IMG/VR virus record: IMGVR_UViG_3300036981_000377
Location: 36,407 to 100,406 of that record
Length of the DNA stretch: 64,000 nt
Direction: 5' to 3' (one strand)
Source: a virus
Position numbers and translations under genes: made by a program. Below are positions 16,467 to 25,900 of the stretch, one piece after another. Each line of letters begins with the position of its first letter. The first letter of the stretch is position 1. The notes below the pieces were generated by a model that searched no databases, was not told the origin of the DNA, and was given only the letters and a program-made list of their open reading frames with translations.

Positions 16467-17426
16467 TTACCGGGCAGCAGCGCAAAAAGATTCCCGGTAG
16501 TTAGCTACGCCACGCTCAACAGAGCTAAAATTTAGTGCATATCCGGCCTGCCGAAGTCTTGTCAGGTCAGCTTGTGTGAATGGCTGATATCCTGCGCGTA
16601 ATTCGTCAGGAAATTTACGAATAATGATATCCGACTCTTTAGCGCCTGCCAGCTCAGCAATTCGCCTAAAGGTCGTGGCTTGCCCAGTGCCTACATTGTA
16701 GATCCCGCTTTTCTCGGAAAACTGTGCAAAATGTAAGGTTACGTCAACTACGTTATTCACGTGCACGAAATCTCTAGCTGCGGGCTCGCCGTCCTCGAAG
16801 ATAGTGACTGGCTCGCCGTTGGCTAAGCTGCGCAGGCACTGGTGCGGGAAACTCGCCATACGCCCTTTGAGCTCTTCTCCGGGGCCGTAGACGTTGAAGT
16901 AGCGCAGGCCCACTACTGGCGCCATTAGCCGAGACTTGCCCTCTGAGTCGTCGTACAGGCTCAGGTTAGCCGTCCGGCGAACGTAGTTGTCAAACATGAG
17001 CTTTGACGCCGCGTAAGGCGACTCGGGCTTTTCGAACTCGGGGGTTTCTTGAAAGCCAGCTTTTGCTTGCCCGCCGTATACGCTGGCTGAACTAGCGTAG
17101 ACCATGCGGCAGCCGTGCTCGATGGCTAACTCAAGCATGTCTTTTGAGAAGGTGAAATTTTGTTCGGCAAGAATCCGGCCGTTCGTAAACAACGTGTCGG
17201 AAATAGCGCCAAGATGAATTATGCCAGTGATGTTTTTTAGCGCCCGACCCTTACGCCCAAACTCGCGAAAGTCAAAATAGTCGGCAAAACGATACTGCGC
17301 TAACTTTGGCAGTTTACGGCCGTCTGACAAGTCATCTACAACAATGACATCATAGAAGCCGTTGTAGTTCAGCCGCGAAAGAACCTGCGAACCAATAAAC
17401 CCAACGCCGCCTGTAAGAACTAACAT
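16467..17426 (-). CDS. hldD: ADP-L-glycero-D-manno-heptose 6-epimerase (HldD/RfaD)
   Basis: TGGVGFIGS, VVDDLSDGRK, HLGAISDT, YASSASVYG, YAASK, GLRYFNVYGP.E..KGRMAS, YQPFTQADLTRLR. Confidence 0.92.
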   Translation of the reverse strand: MLVLTGGVGFIGSQVLSRLNYNGFYDVIVVDDLSDGRKLPKLAQYRFADYFDFREFGRKGRALKNITGIIHLGAISDTLFTNGRILAEQNFTFSKDMLELAIEHGCRMVYASSASVYGGQAKAGFQETPEFEKPESPYAASKLMFDNYVRRTANLSLYDDSEGKSRLMAPVVGLRYFNVYGPGEELKGRMASFPHQCLRSLANGEPVTIFEDGEPAARDFVHVNNVVDVTLHFAQFSEKSGIYNVGTGQATTFRRIAELAGAKESDIIIRKFPDELRAGYQPFTQADLTRLRQAGYALNFSSVERGVANYRESFCAAAR

Positions 17427-17451
17427 TGCTATCCTTTTGTGTAAAAAGAAA

Positions 17452-17483
17452 CCCGGGCGGCAGCATTATTACTACCGCCCGGG
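17452..17483 (-). terminator. Intrinsic terminator
   Basis: CCCGGGCGG/CCGCCCGGG stem with TTTCTTTTT tail on the minus strand. Confidence 0.75.
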
Positions 17484-17504
17484 CTTATTTAACTGTTTAA
17501 CGAA

Positions 17505-18536
17505 TTAGCGCGTAATAGACTTGTAATTTTTGGTCTTTTTGATGAGCATAGCGTGCTCGTCAACAAGGTAATTCTCCATATCGACTTGTCCGCCATTTTG
17601 AAAGTTGGCTTTTCGCCCATCTGGGCCAACAAAGCGCTCAACACAAGCTAGAATGCGACACAAACGATCAAGACGATGACTAGCGCCGCCACCGCCTTTC
17701 TTTGCCATTATTTTGGTTATCTCGTATACCGTGTCATGGAGCTTTCCGTTCTTTACGCCAGCGTCGTTCTGATGCAGGCGAAATAACTCCAGCACATCGT
17801 CAACATTTTTGCCAAGCTCCGTGTACTTGTAGTGCGCCAGCAAGAACGCCGCGGTGGGCGGGCCTGAAAAACGCGCGTGCGTCGGGTTTATTGTCTCGAG
17901 CGCCCGAAGCTGTTTTTGAAAAAACGACACACACGTTGCGACAGACGCGCGCCTTAAATTAGCAGGCGCGCCGTCAATTTCGTAAAGTTTTCCAATTTCC
18001 CAAAGTGCTTCTTTCATAGCAGTTACAATGCCCTTGCAACCGCGAAAGAAAGACGACTCGTATTTAATGTCAAACTGTTTAAACGCGCTGAATAACTGAT
18101 CAGCTGCGTCTTTAACCTGTCCGGCGCTATCGAAGGTGTAATACTCGTCAATAACCGCGTCTTCGTCTTTTACGTAATGCACAATTACAGTTACGTAATC
18201 CGGAACAGCGTCGGTTAACTTGTTTGACCACCCGAAACAACGACTATGCGAATCAAGTTTAAATTGTTGGTTATCTTCAGTAATCGCCATGTGCACTGTG
18301 TAGTGTGCTTCACACAATTTGCTGAGATAAACCTTTGCTTTACGCCAGTGCTTCTCAGTATCGCGTTGCACCGGGGCGTCTGGCACAGCTAACCACTGCG
18401 CAAGAGTCATTGTTTTGACGTTTGATCGTCCAAGCTTACGAGCGTTATTGCTCTTCTTTTTTATCGCCACCGCGGCGATCTTACTTGCTGCGCGCTTCTC
18501 TGCGCCTTTACCCTGCGGATGCTCCGAACGAGCCAT
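17505..18536 (-). CDS. ParB/Srx-like N-terminal domain protein
   Basis: PVQRD...LDSHSR resembles the QR / DGxHR motifs of ParB-like domains. Confidence 0.55.
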   Translation of the reverse strand: MARSEHPQGKGAEKRAASKIAAVAIKKKSNNARKLGRSNVKTMTLAQWLAVPDAPVQRDTEKHWRKAKVYLSKLCEAHYTVHMAITEDNQQFKLDSHSRCFGWSNKLTDAVPDYVTVIVHYVKDEDAVIDEYYTFDSAGQVKDAADQLFSAFKQFDIKYESSFFRGCKGIVTAMKEALWEIGKLYEIDGAPANLRRASVATCVSFFQKQLRALETINPTHARFSGPPTAAFLLAHYKYTELGKNVDDVLELFRLHQNDAGVKNGKLHDTVYEITKIMAKKGGGGASHRLDRLCRILACVERFVGPDGRKANFQNGGQVDMENYLVDEHAMLIKKTKNYKSITR

Positions 18537-18572
18537 AGTTCAGTCCTTTGTGAAAGAGTCAGTCAAACTAAA

Positions 18573-18602
18573 GGGGAGGGCGGCGACAGCGCCGCCCTCC
18601 CC
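18573..18602 (-). terminator. Intrinsic terminator
   Basis: Perfect 13-bp stem GGGGAGGGCGGCG/CGCCGCCCTCCCC, 4-nt loop, TTTAGTTT tail. Confidence 0.75.
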
Positions 18603-18608
18603 AACAAG

Positions 18609-18953
18609 TCAATTAGCTGAAAATCCAGGAATGCCGCTTTTTGTGTCTTGAGGCGACTCGCGGTCTGGGATTTCAACTTCGGGCAGTAAATCAAACATTC
18701 CCATTTCGACATCTACAAACACGTAGTCGAACGGGCCTGTTAGAGACTTTCCGACCATGATCCGGCACCGCATGTGCGGAGCAACGGGCTGGCCGGCTGC
18801 ATGTTCGTGAACCATGCAAAACGTTACAGGAAATTTCATTTCGTCAGGCAGGCTGTCTACAAAGTCTTCTTCAATTGCGCGATTGTAGTTGTTACGCAAC
18901 GCGCGTTTATTAATGGCCTTCAAGATAGCCTTGTCGCAGAACTTGACTTTCAT
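18609..18953 (-). CDS. Hypothetical protein
   Basis: 114 aa, GAGG SD. Confidence 0.7.
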   Translation of the reverse strand: MKVKFCDKAILKAINKRALRNNYNRAIEEDFVDSLPDEMKFPVTFCMVHEHAAGQPVAPHMRCRIMVGKSLTGPFDYVFVDVEMGMFDLLPEVEIPDRESPQDTKSGIPGFSAN

Positions 18954-18960
18954 CTAAACC

Positions 18961-19287
18961 TCAATGGTACCGGACACACGCAAACCAGCCGCGCGGGCCT
19001 CGAGCCACTCCGATCTCCCGGGGCTTACGCTGGCCCCAGAAGCAGCAACTCCGAATAGCGGCGTCGGCACTTGCGGTGCTGTAGCCTACGCCTTCGTATC
19101 CGGAATTCCCGCCAAAATGCCGACACGAGCCACACTGGGCCTGCGCTTCTGCGACGCCCTGTGCGGACGCCGTATCGGCGCTCGTGGGCGCGCTTGAGGT
19201 GTAGGTGTATGAACGCCGAGGCCCGCGGGCTTCAGCGAACGAACCGGCCACAAGCACAAGACCCAGAGCAAAAACAAAAGAACGCAT
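18961..19287 (-). CDS. Secreted Cys-containing protein (signal peptide; possible minimal CAP/SCP-like domain)
   Basis: GGAGG SD; MRSFVFALGLVLVAGSFAEA signal; EGVG..CCFWG..GVARG..GWFAC. Confidence 0.7.
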   Translation of the reverse strand: MRSFVFALGLVLVAGSFAEARGPRRSYTYTSSAPTSADTASAQGVAEAQAQCGSCRHFGGNSGYEGVGYSTASADAAIRSCCFWGQRKPREIGVARGPRGWFACVRYH

Positions 19288-19316
19288 CGTATCCTCCGTG
19301 AAAAACAAAACATCCG

Positions 19317-19625
19317 TCAATCGAACACAGCGCGTAATAGACGATCTATTACGCGCAGCACACCGTCCCGAACGTCGGCAGTGAGCGATAAACCCGGCAC
19401 TATAAACGCCAATTTGCCCTCAATGCTTTCGCGGTTGTTACCGCTATTTACGCAATTAATAATTGCTTTATTTAGGCGGTCTACGGTTTCCGCCGGCGTG
19501 TCTGCTGGCAGCCCCCAATCGCCGTGGTTGAGTTCGCACCGAAATACCCACGGGCGTTTTTGTACTTCAAATTTGCGATCAAACCGTTGCCTGCTCGTTC
19601 CGTTGCAGTACTTGTTTTTTGGCAT
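19317..19625 (-). CDS. Hypothetical protein
   Basis: 102-aa ORF in operon. Confidence 0.6.
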   Translation of the reverse strand: MPKNKYCNGTSRQRFDRKFEVQKRPWVFRCELNHGDWGLPADTPAETVDRLNKAIINCVNSGNNRESIEGKLAFIVPGLSLTADVRDGVLRVIDRLLRAVFD

Positions 19626-19989
19626 GTTCTGCCTTTGTCTCTTTTGCTAGTTCCTTCTCGAGGTTTTTTTGACTGCCAAGCATCCAAGATTCCGGCCGAA
19701 TATTCAAGAGCCAATCGGCCACTGTCGGTATTCTGCCGAGATCTTCGCTTACGTGCTGCTCGCCGACGTACCGAACCGGAACTACGCGGCCGGCAGAATT
19801 GGTTATGGTGCTGCCAAAAATCTTCTCAGCCATAAATATGCCTTCAGCGTGGTGCCGTAAGGCCCGGTGTCGAAAGTCAGCCATATGCGCTTTAGACTCG
19901 TCAAACCAGTCGTGAATGGCTTGATAGTCCTCGGGCACGCCGCCCCATTTTTTGACGCTTGAAAGTGCGTGGTGGTATGGGTGTGCCAT
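19579..19989 (-). CDS. DUF6915-like protein
   Basis: MAHPYHHALSSVKKWGG..IHDWFDESK..RHRALRHH..EQHV.ED.G.IPT..DW. Confidence 0.8.
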   Translation of the reverse strand: MAHPYHHALSSVKKWGGVPEDYQAIHDWFDESKAHMADFRHRALRHHAEGIFMAEKIFGSTITNSAGRVVPVRYVGEQHVSEDLGRIPTVADWLLNIRPESWMLGSQKNLEKELAKETKAEHAKKQVLQRNEQATV

Positions 19990-20282
19990 TATCGTGTTTC
20001 TTGATCTGCTAACACGGGTTTATTGTTGTCAGCGGTATGCCAACGAATATTATCGACTAAAAGTCCGTGAATTTTTAAAAAATACTTTAGTTGATCCTCG
20101 ACACCATCTGCGCGCACAGGTTTTTTGGTTTCGTCACAAAAGTTGTCGGCAAAACACGTAACAGCAATATGATAATAACCGAGATGATTTTTTGACGGCG
20201 CTATTTCTATTGCAAAGTTTTCTCCATACGCTATCGCTACGCCGCGCAATATTTTTTTGCCGTCTAGTTCTGGTATTGGCAT
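19989..20282 (-). CDS. Hypothetical protein
   Basis: ORF coupled to its neighbours; start re-called at MPIPEL. Confidence 0.6.
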   Translation of the reverse strand: MPIPELDGKKILRGVAIAYGENFAIEIAPSKNHLGYYHIAVTCFADNFCDETKKPVRADGVEDQLKYFLKIHGLLVDNIRWHTADNNKPVLADQETR

Positions 20283-20283
20283 G

Positions 20284-20493
20284 TTACTCGCTCGTGTAAA
20301 GGTCAAGACTCATAGCAAGGCCTTCATGCGTCGAAGACCAATCATGCTTGCGTTCCACTATGTCAGCAGCGTGTTCCCACGATTTGTCATCGGCACGGCC
20401 AAACATATCGGCTTGCCACCACGCCACGATCACACTTTTTACGCCAGCGGCTTTTTCTGCTTCCAGTAATTCAATTGCTTCGTCGATGGTCAT
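20284..20493 (-). CDS. Hypothetical protein
   Basis: 69 aa in operon. Confidence 0.6.
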   Translation of the reverse strand: MTIDEAIELLEAEKAAGVKSVIVAWWQADMFGRADDKSWEHAADIVERKHDWSSTHEGLAMSLDLYTSE

Positions 20494-20505
20494 TTGTAGT
20501 CACTG

Positions 20506-20967
20506 TCAGGAGGACGGGATGGGTAATCTGTCTTTCAACTTGCGCAATGTGACGAAATCTACAAATTTAATTTGCTGCGTTTCACTATTCACCTCGACAA
20601 CAAACCATTGAAAATTACAACAAGCTTCTACCCAGTCCGAGTAAATTGGGATTACTTCCATAAATGGTTCGCTGCCCGCAAGCGCGCGACAATGTTTTAT
20701 GCACGCTTCAGCGCCGTCGTCATTGTTATCAGGATCGCAATCTTCGGCATATGCGTGATATCTGTGTTCGGAAGCTATTAAGTCGTACGGTTGTCCGTTG
20801 CTTAAAATATAGATACCAGCGTTGTCGTCTAGCACAAACGTCAATCCCGGCGCAGGTTTTTCATGGTGATCGCCGGGGCTGCAGCCCATGTACCAATAGC
20901 GCGAGCAATTTGCGTGCTGCACACAACGCAAAATTTGCGTAGTTCTAAACCAGCACGCATTTGCCAT
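20506..20967 (-). CDS. DUF3085-like protein
   Basis: FVLDDNAGIYILSNG...AYAEDCDP resembles DUF3085 (GVYLMSN..AYAEGCNP). Confidence 0.6.
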   Translation of the reverse strand: MANACWFRTTQILRCVQHANCSRYWYMGCSPGDHHEKPAPGLTFVLDDNAGIYILSNGQPYDLIASEHRYHAYAEDCDPDNNDDGAEACIKHCRALAGSEPFMEVIPIYSDWVEACCNFQWFVVEVNSETQQIKFVDFVTLRKLKDRLPIPSS

Positions 20968-21461
20968 TAGAGCTCATACTCATATTCAGAGTGTTCACTG
21001 TGCTCAAAGCGTTGCTCGTGCTCAACTGTTACTCTTTTTTCTGGAATTACTATGCGAACGACGCCCCACCCGCCGTCGTTGTTTTCAAAACCAGAGGGCA
21101 ACAAACGCCAGACAGCGTCTTTTAGTTTTGTAGCTAAATTTTCTGGCACAAAACCGTCAAATTTGTCATCAAGCGCGGTTCTATAGTCAATGTAATCAAC
21201 GGCGCCTTGATCGCCGCTGCCGCTGTAATCTATTTGCACGCTATACACGCCTAGCAAAAATAGCTCTGGGCATATTTTTGCAATTTCTTTTTTGGCGTTA
21301 TCCGTGGCGGTCTCTATTTGTTTTTTGTAGTTTTTGAAAACTTCGTCAATATCTAATGACACAACAGTGTGAACCGGCGCTACAAAAGCTTTTACTTTTT
21401 TACCGGTTTTCTTTTTAGCCTTTTTCTTAACAGCTTTTTTAACTGTTTTCTTTTTTGCCAT
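20967..21461 (-). CDS. DUF6878-like protein with Lys-rich N-terminus
   Basis: GVYSVQIDYSGSGDQG...GFENNDGGWG. Confidence 0.72.
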   Translation of the reverse strand: MAKKKTVKKAVKKKAKKKTGKKVKAFVAPVHTVVSLDIDEVFKNYKKQIETATDNAKKEIAKICPELFLLGVYSVQIDYSGSGDQGAVDYIDYRTALDDKFDGFVPENLATKLKDAVWRLLPSGFENNDGGWGVVRIVIPEKRVTVEHEQRFEHSEHSEYEYEL

Positions 21462-21474
21462 AGTTATAGTCCTG

Positions 21475-21999
21475 TTAATAGGAAGCGTAGACAGTGCACG
21501 GTTTGCCGGTCTTAGCTTCTTTTAGTTCTGCTAGCGTCACAAAATCCCGAAAAGACTGAATGACAGCGTTCACGAGTTCTTCGCCGTCTTCAGGATAAAG
21601 GCTCAGACAGCGCTCGCGTACAGCTTCTTCTACCGTCATTGGGGTAGTCTTGCCCGACGCGGTAAATTTTGGCGTAACTGCGGTTCGGCCTATTTTTTCG
21701 CTCATTTCTGTTAAAAGCGCGATTAACATCATTGAGGTGTTGTGACCGCCATCGCAGTCCATAGCCGGCTCTGTAACATTTGTAAGTCGTTCTCGCATAA
21801 CGGCTGCTGGGATCTGCGCCTGACAGTCCTCGGCCTCGAACGCTTCCCGCACTAGAATCTTGGTGGCGTAAGGTCCGCCGTGATACGCCTCGCGCAGATA
21901 ACCTACGGCACCGCTGGTCGTAGAAAATCCGCAATCGGTTTGCTTCTTCTTGTCTTTTTTAGACTGTCGCTTCCACTTAAGATAGATATCAATTCCCAT
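21475..21999 (-). CDS. Hypothetical protein (MGIDIY..GYLREAYHG..ASY)
   Basis: Start re-called at ATG 21999 after AAGGGA. Confidence 0.75.
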   Translation of the reverse strand: MGIDIYLKWKRQSKKDKKKQTDCGFSTTSGAVGYLREAYHGGPYATKILVREAFEAEDCQAQIPAAVMRERLTNVTEPAMDCDGGHNTSMMLIALLTEMSEKIGRTAVTPKFTASGKTTPMTVEEAVRERCLSLYPEDGEELVNAVIQSFRDFVTLAELKEAKTGKPCTVYASY

Positions 22000-22024
22000 G
22001 ATTCCCTTTCTGCGTAAAAAGAAA

Positions 22025-22054
22025 GAGGGCGCCGGGTACAAACCCAGCGCCCTC
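22025..22054 (-). terminator. Intrinsic terminator
   Basis: GAGGGCGC/GCGCCCTC stem with TTTCTTTTT tail on the minus strand. Confidence 0.7.
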
Positions 22055-22088
22055 CGTGGCGTCATTTCTCGCCCGCGTTAAACGTCGC

Positions 22089-22385
22089 TTACCGACGAAC
22101 CGGCTTCACGACCGTCCGCGTAGTCTTGCGCACTACCTTGCCGCCGAAAAGGCGGTTACGGCAGCTCTCAGACGACTGCGAATTGGCACTGTACAGCCGT
22201 GAGTTGCCGCACTGATCGCCAACGCAAATCAGCTGCGGACCGCTCGAGCAATTACCGTCGCAGCAACCACCATTGCACGGGGCGGCAGCTGCTTCCTTGT
22301 TGACCAGCACGCTCTGTGGCTCCGAACCACCGAACGAAACACCGGCCGTCAGAACCACGAACGCAAACGTAAAAACAGAACGCAT
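22089..22385 (-). CDS. Secreted small Cys-rich protein
   Basis: GAGGA SD; MRSVFTFAFVVLTAGVSFG signal peptide; 7 Cys. Confidence 0.7.
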   Translation of the reverse strand: MRSVFTFAFVVLTAGVSFGGSEPQSVLVNKEAAAAPCNGGCCDGNCSSGPQLICVGDQCGNSRLYSANSQSSESCRNRLFGGKVVRKTTRTVVKPVRR

Positions 22386-22444
22386 AGTAGAGTCCTCAAA
22401 AACCAAAAGAAACGTTGCTGACATATCCGTATGCCCGCAATTTG

Positions 22445-22837
22445 CTACTTAGCAGCGCTTTGGATAAAAGCTGTGCAAAATCCAAAGATACCTTGTAGCT
22501 CCTCAACATAGGGCGCTCGGCCCCATTCTCTTTGGTACGTGCGCTCAATCCTTTGACGCGCGCGTTCCAGTAATTGCTTGTGGATCAGGTCTATCTCGTC
22601 GTCCAAGACAGGCTCTCCCATGAACGCCCTTTGGACGGCGTCTTTATAGCTGGGGTCCGTGAGTTTATCAAGCATCGTACCCACGACCTTGTCCAGAATA
22701 TCTGCGGGCTCATCGCCGTTGTAGTAATTTTCTGGAGAATCTTTGCCGGGCATGTGATTCTCTAGAACTGCTCCGTCACTACCGCGCGAAGACCAATTGA
22801 TTCCACCAGTCGCACCATCGATTCGCCACCAACCCAT
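22445..22837 (-). CDS. Hypothetical protein (MGWW...)
   Basis: 130 aa, GAGGGA SD. Confidence 0.7.
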   Translation of the reverse strand: MGWWRIDGATGGINWSSRGSDGAVLENHMPGKDSPENYYNGDEPADILDKVVGTMLDKLTDPSYKDAVQRAFMGEPVLDDEIDLIHKQLLERARQRIERTYQREWGRAPYVEELQGIFGFCTAFIQSAAK

Positions 22838-22887
22838 GATTCCCTCTGCTAGTTTGCGTGTTTAACGTAGTTTACCACCTGTGCGCA

Positions 22888-22918
22888 GCTCGGGAGGGCC
22901 AGAGCGACCCTCCCGAGC
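22888..22918. terminator. Hairpin / possible terminator after the vWA gene
   Basis: GCTCGGGAGGG/CCCTCCCGAGC 11-bp stem; no clear U-tract. Confidence 0.55.
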
Positions 22919-22925
22919 GTTTGAA

Positions 22926-25900
22926 TTAGTCCGCTGTTACGTCAACAAGGTTCTTCTCTTTGTGGAGAGCATTGCGCAAGAACCGCACGATTTGCGGGAG
23001 GCACTGCCTTACCGTCGAGAGAAAGACTATGTTATCTTTGCCGTATTGTTCCTCGAATGCGGGGTAGTCGTATTCGGGAACGCCGACAGCAAACGCGTAA
23101 GTCGGTATTTTCAAACGATTGCGTACAAATGAACAAACGCTCGTTACATGCTTTTTAGCTTCGTCACCGGCATATCCGGAGCCGTGAGGTAACCCGTCGG
23201 AAATCACAAATAGATATTTACGCTTAGCTGGATCTTTATCGAGCAGCTTTGCCGTTTCTTTAATAGCGTAACCGTCGTAATTGTTTGCGTGCGCGGCAAT
23301 TGACCCTAATCCGTCAAGATTAGCGCTAGCTGCCGGCCCGTAAGAGCTGTAGTGCTCGAACAATACGAGGTCTGCTTGGCTTGCCTGATTTGCGGTATGC
23401 CCGTAAATATGCAAGTGCACGCCATCAATTTTCTTAACGGCTTCGGCCAGCAGTACGCACATTTCTCGCGCCTGCTCGATCTTGCCGCCCGACATACTGC
23501 CCGATTGATCAACGAGAATACCCACGGCCACGTCTGGCAACTTAGTGATCAGCTTCTGCGACCAGATATGCTCAGAGTCATACCTTAGTTTATGCAGACT
23601 GCCTTCGTCTAAGTCACCGGACAGCATCCCGTGAACCTCGCCTGTTCGCTTAGTTCCTTGAAAACGCAGCGCGCTACGGATTTTCTCGATAGCCGCCTTG
23701 TTTTTTGTCCTTATTGCGTGCGTTATTGCCCGCCAAGGAGTTGTATTTTTAAGCGGCGGTTTAACCCGCAATTTTGGCTTTGTGGAATCTGCGTTATCCA
23801 AGTAAGCCACATACTCTTCCTCGGCGGCGTTGCGCGCTTCATCGTTAACCTGTGTAAGCGCTTCGCCGTTTAAAATCTTAGTTTTTCGCTCAACCGTTTC
23901 ACCGAAGAGCTGTTCGTCAACCGGGCTCAGCTTGGCGAGATCGTCAAACTTTTCGCGGAGCATTTTGCCTAAATTTTTTGCGTCATCGGCGTCGTCAGCG
24001 TGGTTAGCAGCTTTTGCTTTTTCTGCTGCGTTTAACTCGTCTAACAGCTCTTGCGAAGACATCCCAAGCCCGGCGGCGGTTGCTTCAAATTTTGTTTTTA
24101 CGGCTTCGTCTAAACGCCCAGCAGCTGCTGGCATGCCGGTATTTTCAAACATTTTGCGCAGAATCTCAAATAGTTCTGGATTTGCCGCCGCTGCTGTCGT
24201 GGCTTGAAATCCGGCGTCTGACATAGCCTCCTGCGCCATAAAATTATCAATAGCGCTTTCGTGCCATGAGTCTATTTTTGCCGCGTCGCCTCTTTCAAAA
24301 TTGTAGTGACCACTTGCGGCGTCGTTTATGAAATTTTGAAAAGGCCAAGAACGACCACCTGATCGAGAAATTCGATCTGTTGTTGACCGACACTCGCCGA
24401 GGCCTTCAGCAAATCTTCGCCGCGAACTGCTACAAAAAGATTGCAGCCCAGAAGCTGTTTTGCCAATGGTTGCTGTTTTATTTTGGAGCTCTTCTACGTT
24501 ACTTTTAACTTGCGCTAAATTTGCTAGTTTACTGTCGGTAAGCTTTGCGATTAGTTCTGCAGTTTCGATTACATCTGCCACCTCGCTAAATTTTTCAGCT
24601 GTTTCTTGCAATTTTGCGCGGCAGTCATGCGCTTGTTGTTTAATCGCCTCTAGCAGGTTTTGCGTATTCGGCATCTCATCTGCAATTTTTTGCAACGCCG
24701 CTGCGGCTCGCTCCCGAGAAACCCGCATTTCGTCTTTAACCAGCTTGCTAGCTTCTTTGATAAAATTGCGAAGATCTGCTGCCTGTTTTTTGAATCGTTC
24801 AGGCGCCGGTATTTCAGCATACTTTTCTTGAAAAATATCTTGTTTGACGCCTGCTTTGTTTAAATCTGTAATTTGTGCGTCAAAATGCGCGATGGTCTGC
24901 TCTAGCGTTCTTTGCCAATAACGTATGTCGTTCTCTGGAGTTTTTACCTCCGCGGCGGACTCAAAACGTTTAGCAGACTCTCGTAAATTTTTAAGCAATT
25001 TTTCTTTGTACTTTGTGTTGTACAAATCTTTTTCAATATTTTCTAGCTCGTTCAGCGCATCTGTATTAGCGGAAGCGCCAACTCTATTTTCATAAAGCCC
25101 GTCTAGCAAATCGGCAAAATCTCCCATGTTGTTACGCATGGTTTCTGCGTCTTCTGCTGAACAGCTTTTTTCTTTCTTGATCTTCTCGAGCATTTCTTCA
25201 AGGCCGGCTGTAAGCGCGTTTTCGAACGCTCCGCTTTCGGGCTCGCCTTTTGCTGCAAGATGCTTGCGCAGGTCGGCAATAAGCAGCTGGCACGCCGGCA
25301 ATATTTCATCATGCTCGAGCTTGTCGCCCAAGTTCTTTTCTACGATACCGTTAATGTCTGCCGCGATCGCAATTTCGCTTTCGTCGGCAATCATGTTGTA
25401 GGCAATTCTGGCTACGAGTGTCTCCACTGAAATTTCGTCTGCCTCCAGCTTTTCGCGAGTTGTCGCAAATTGCTTGGCGTGGCGGACAAAATACGGAGCA
25501 AAACCACCCCAGTCAGTTACTACCTCGCGGCGACAGAGTCTGGTTAGCAAGCTCTTTGCAAGCACGCCAGCCAAATAGCTGTCGATAAATTCCGCTGAAA
25601 TATTCTTGGCGTCTTCGCTGGCCAAGGCCGACGACGCGGCTGCTTCACGAACTTTGGCAGCCAACGCACTCGGCAATGTTTGAATTGACAGCTTGTTGAT
25701 TTTAGTGATCACCTTTTGCGCGACAGACTGAGAAATCTGTACTCGTAAAAGTACAAACCCGGTCAGCGCGTCAATTACGGCGTCCTCTTCGTCAACAGTC
25801 TTAGTGCCGACCAATTTGTCAGGAGATACAAAAATTGCTCGCTTTTTGCCGTCGAGCAAATTGGCCGTAACACCATTGCTGTCGGTGCCGTTGCTAAATT

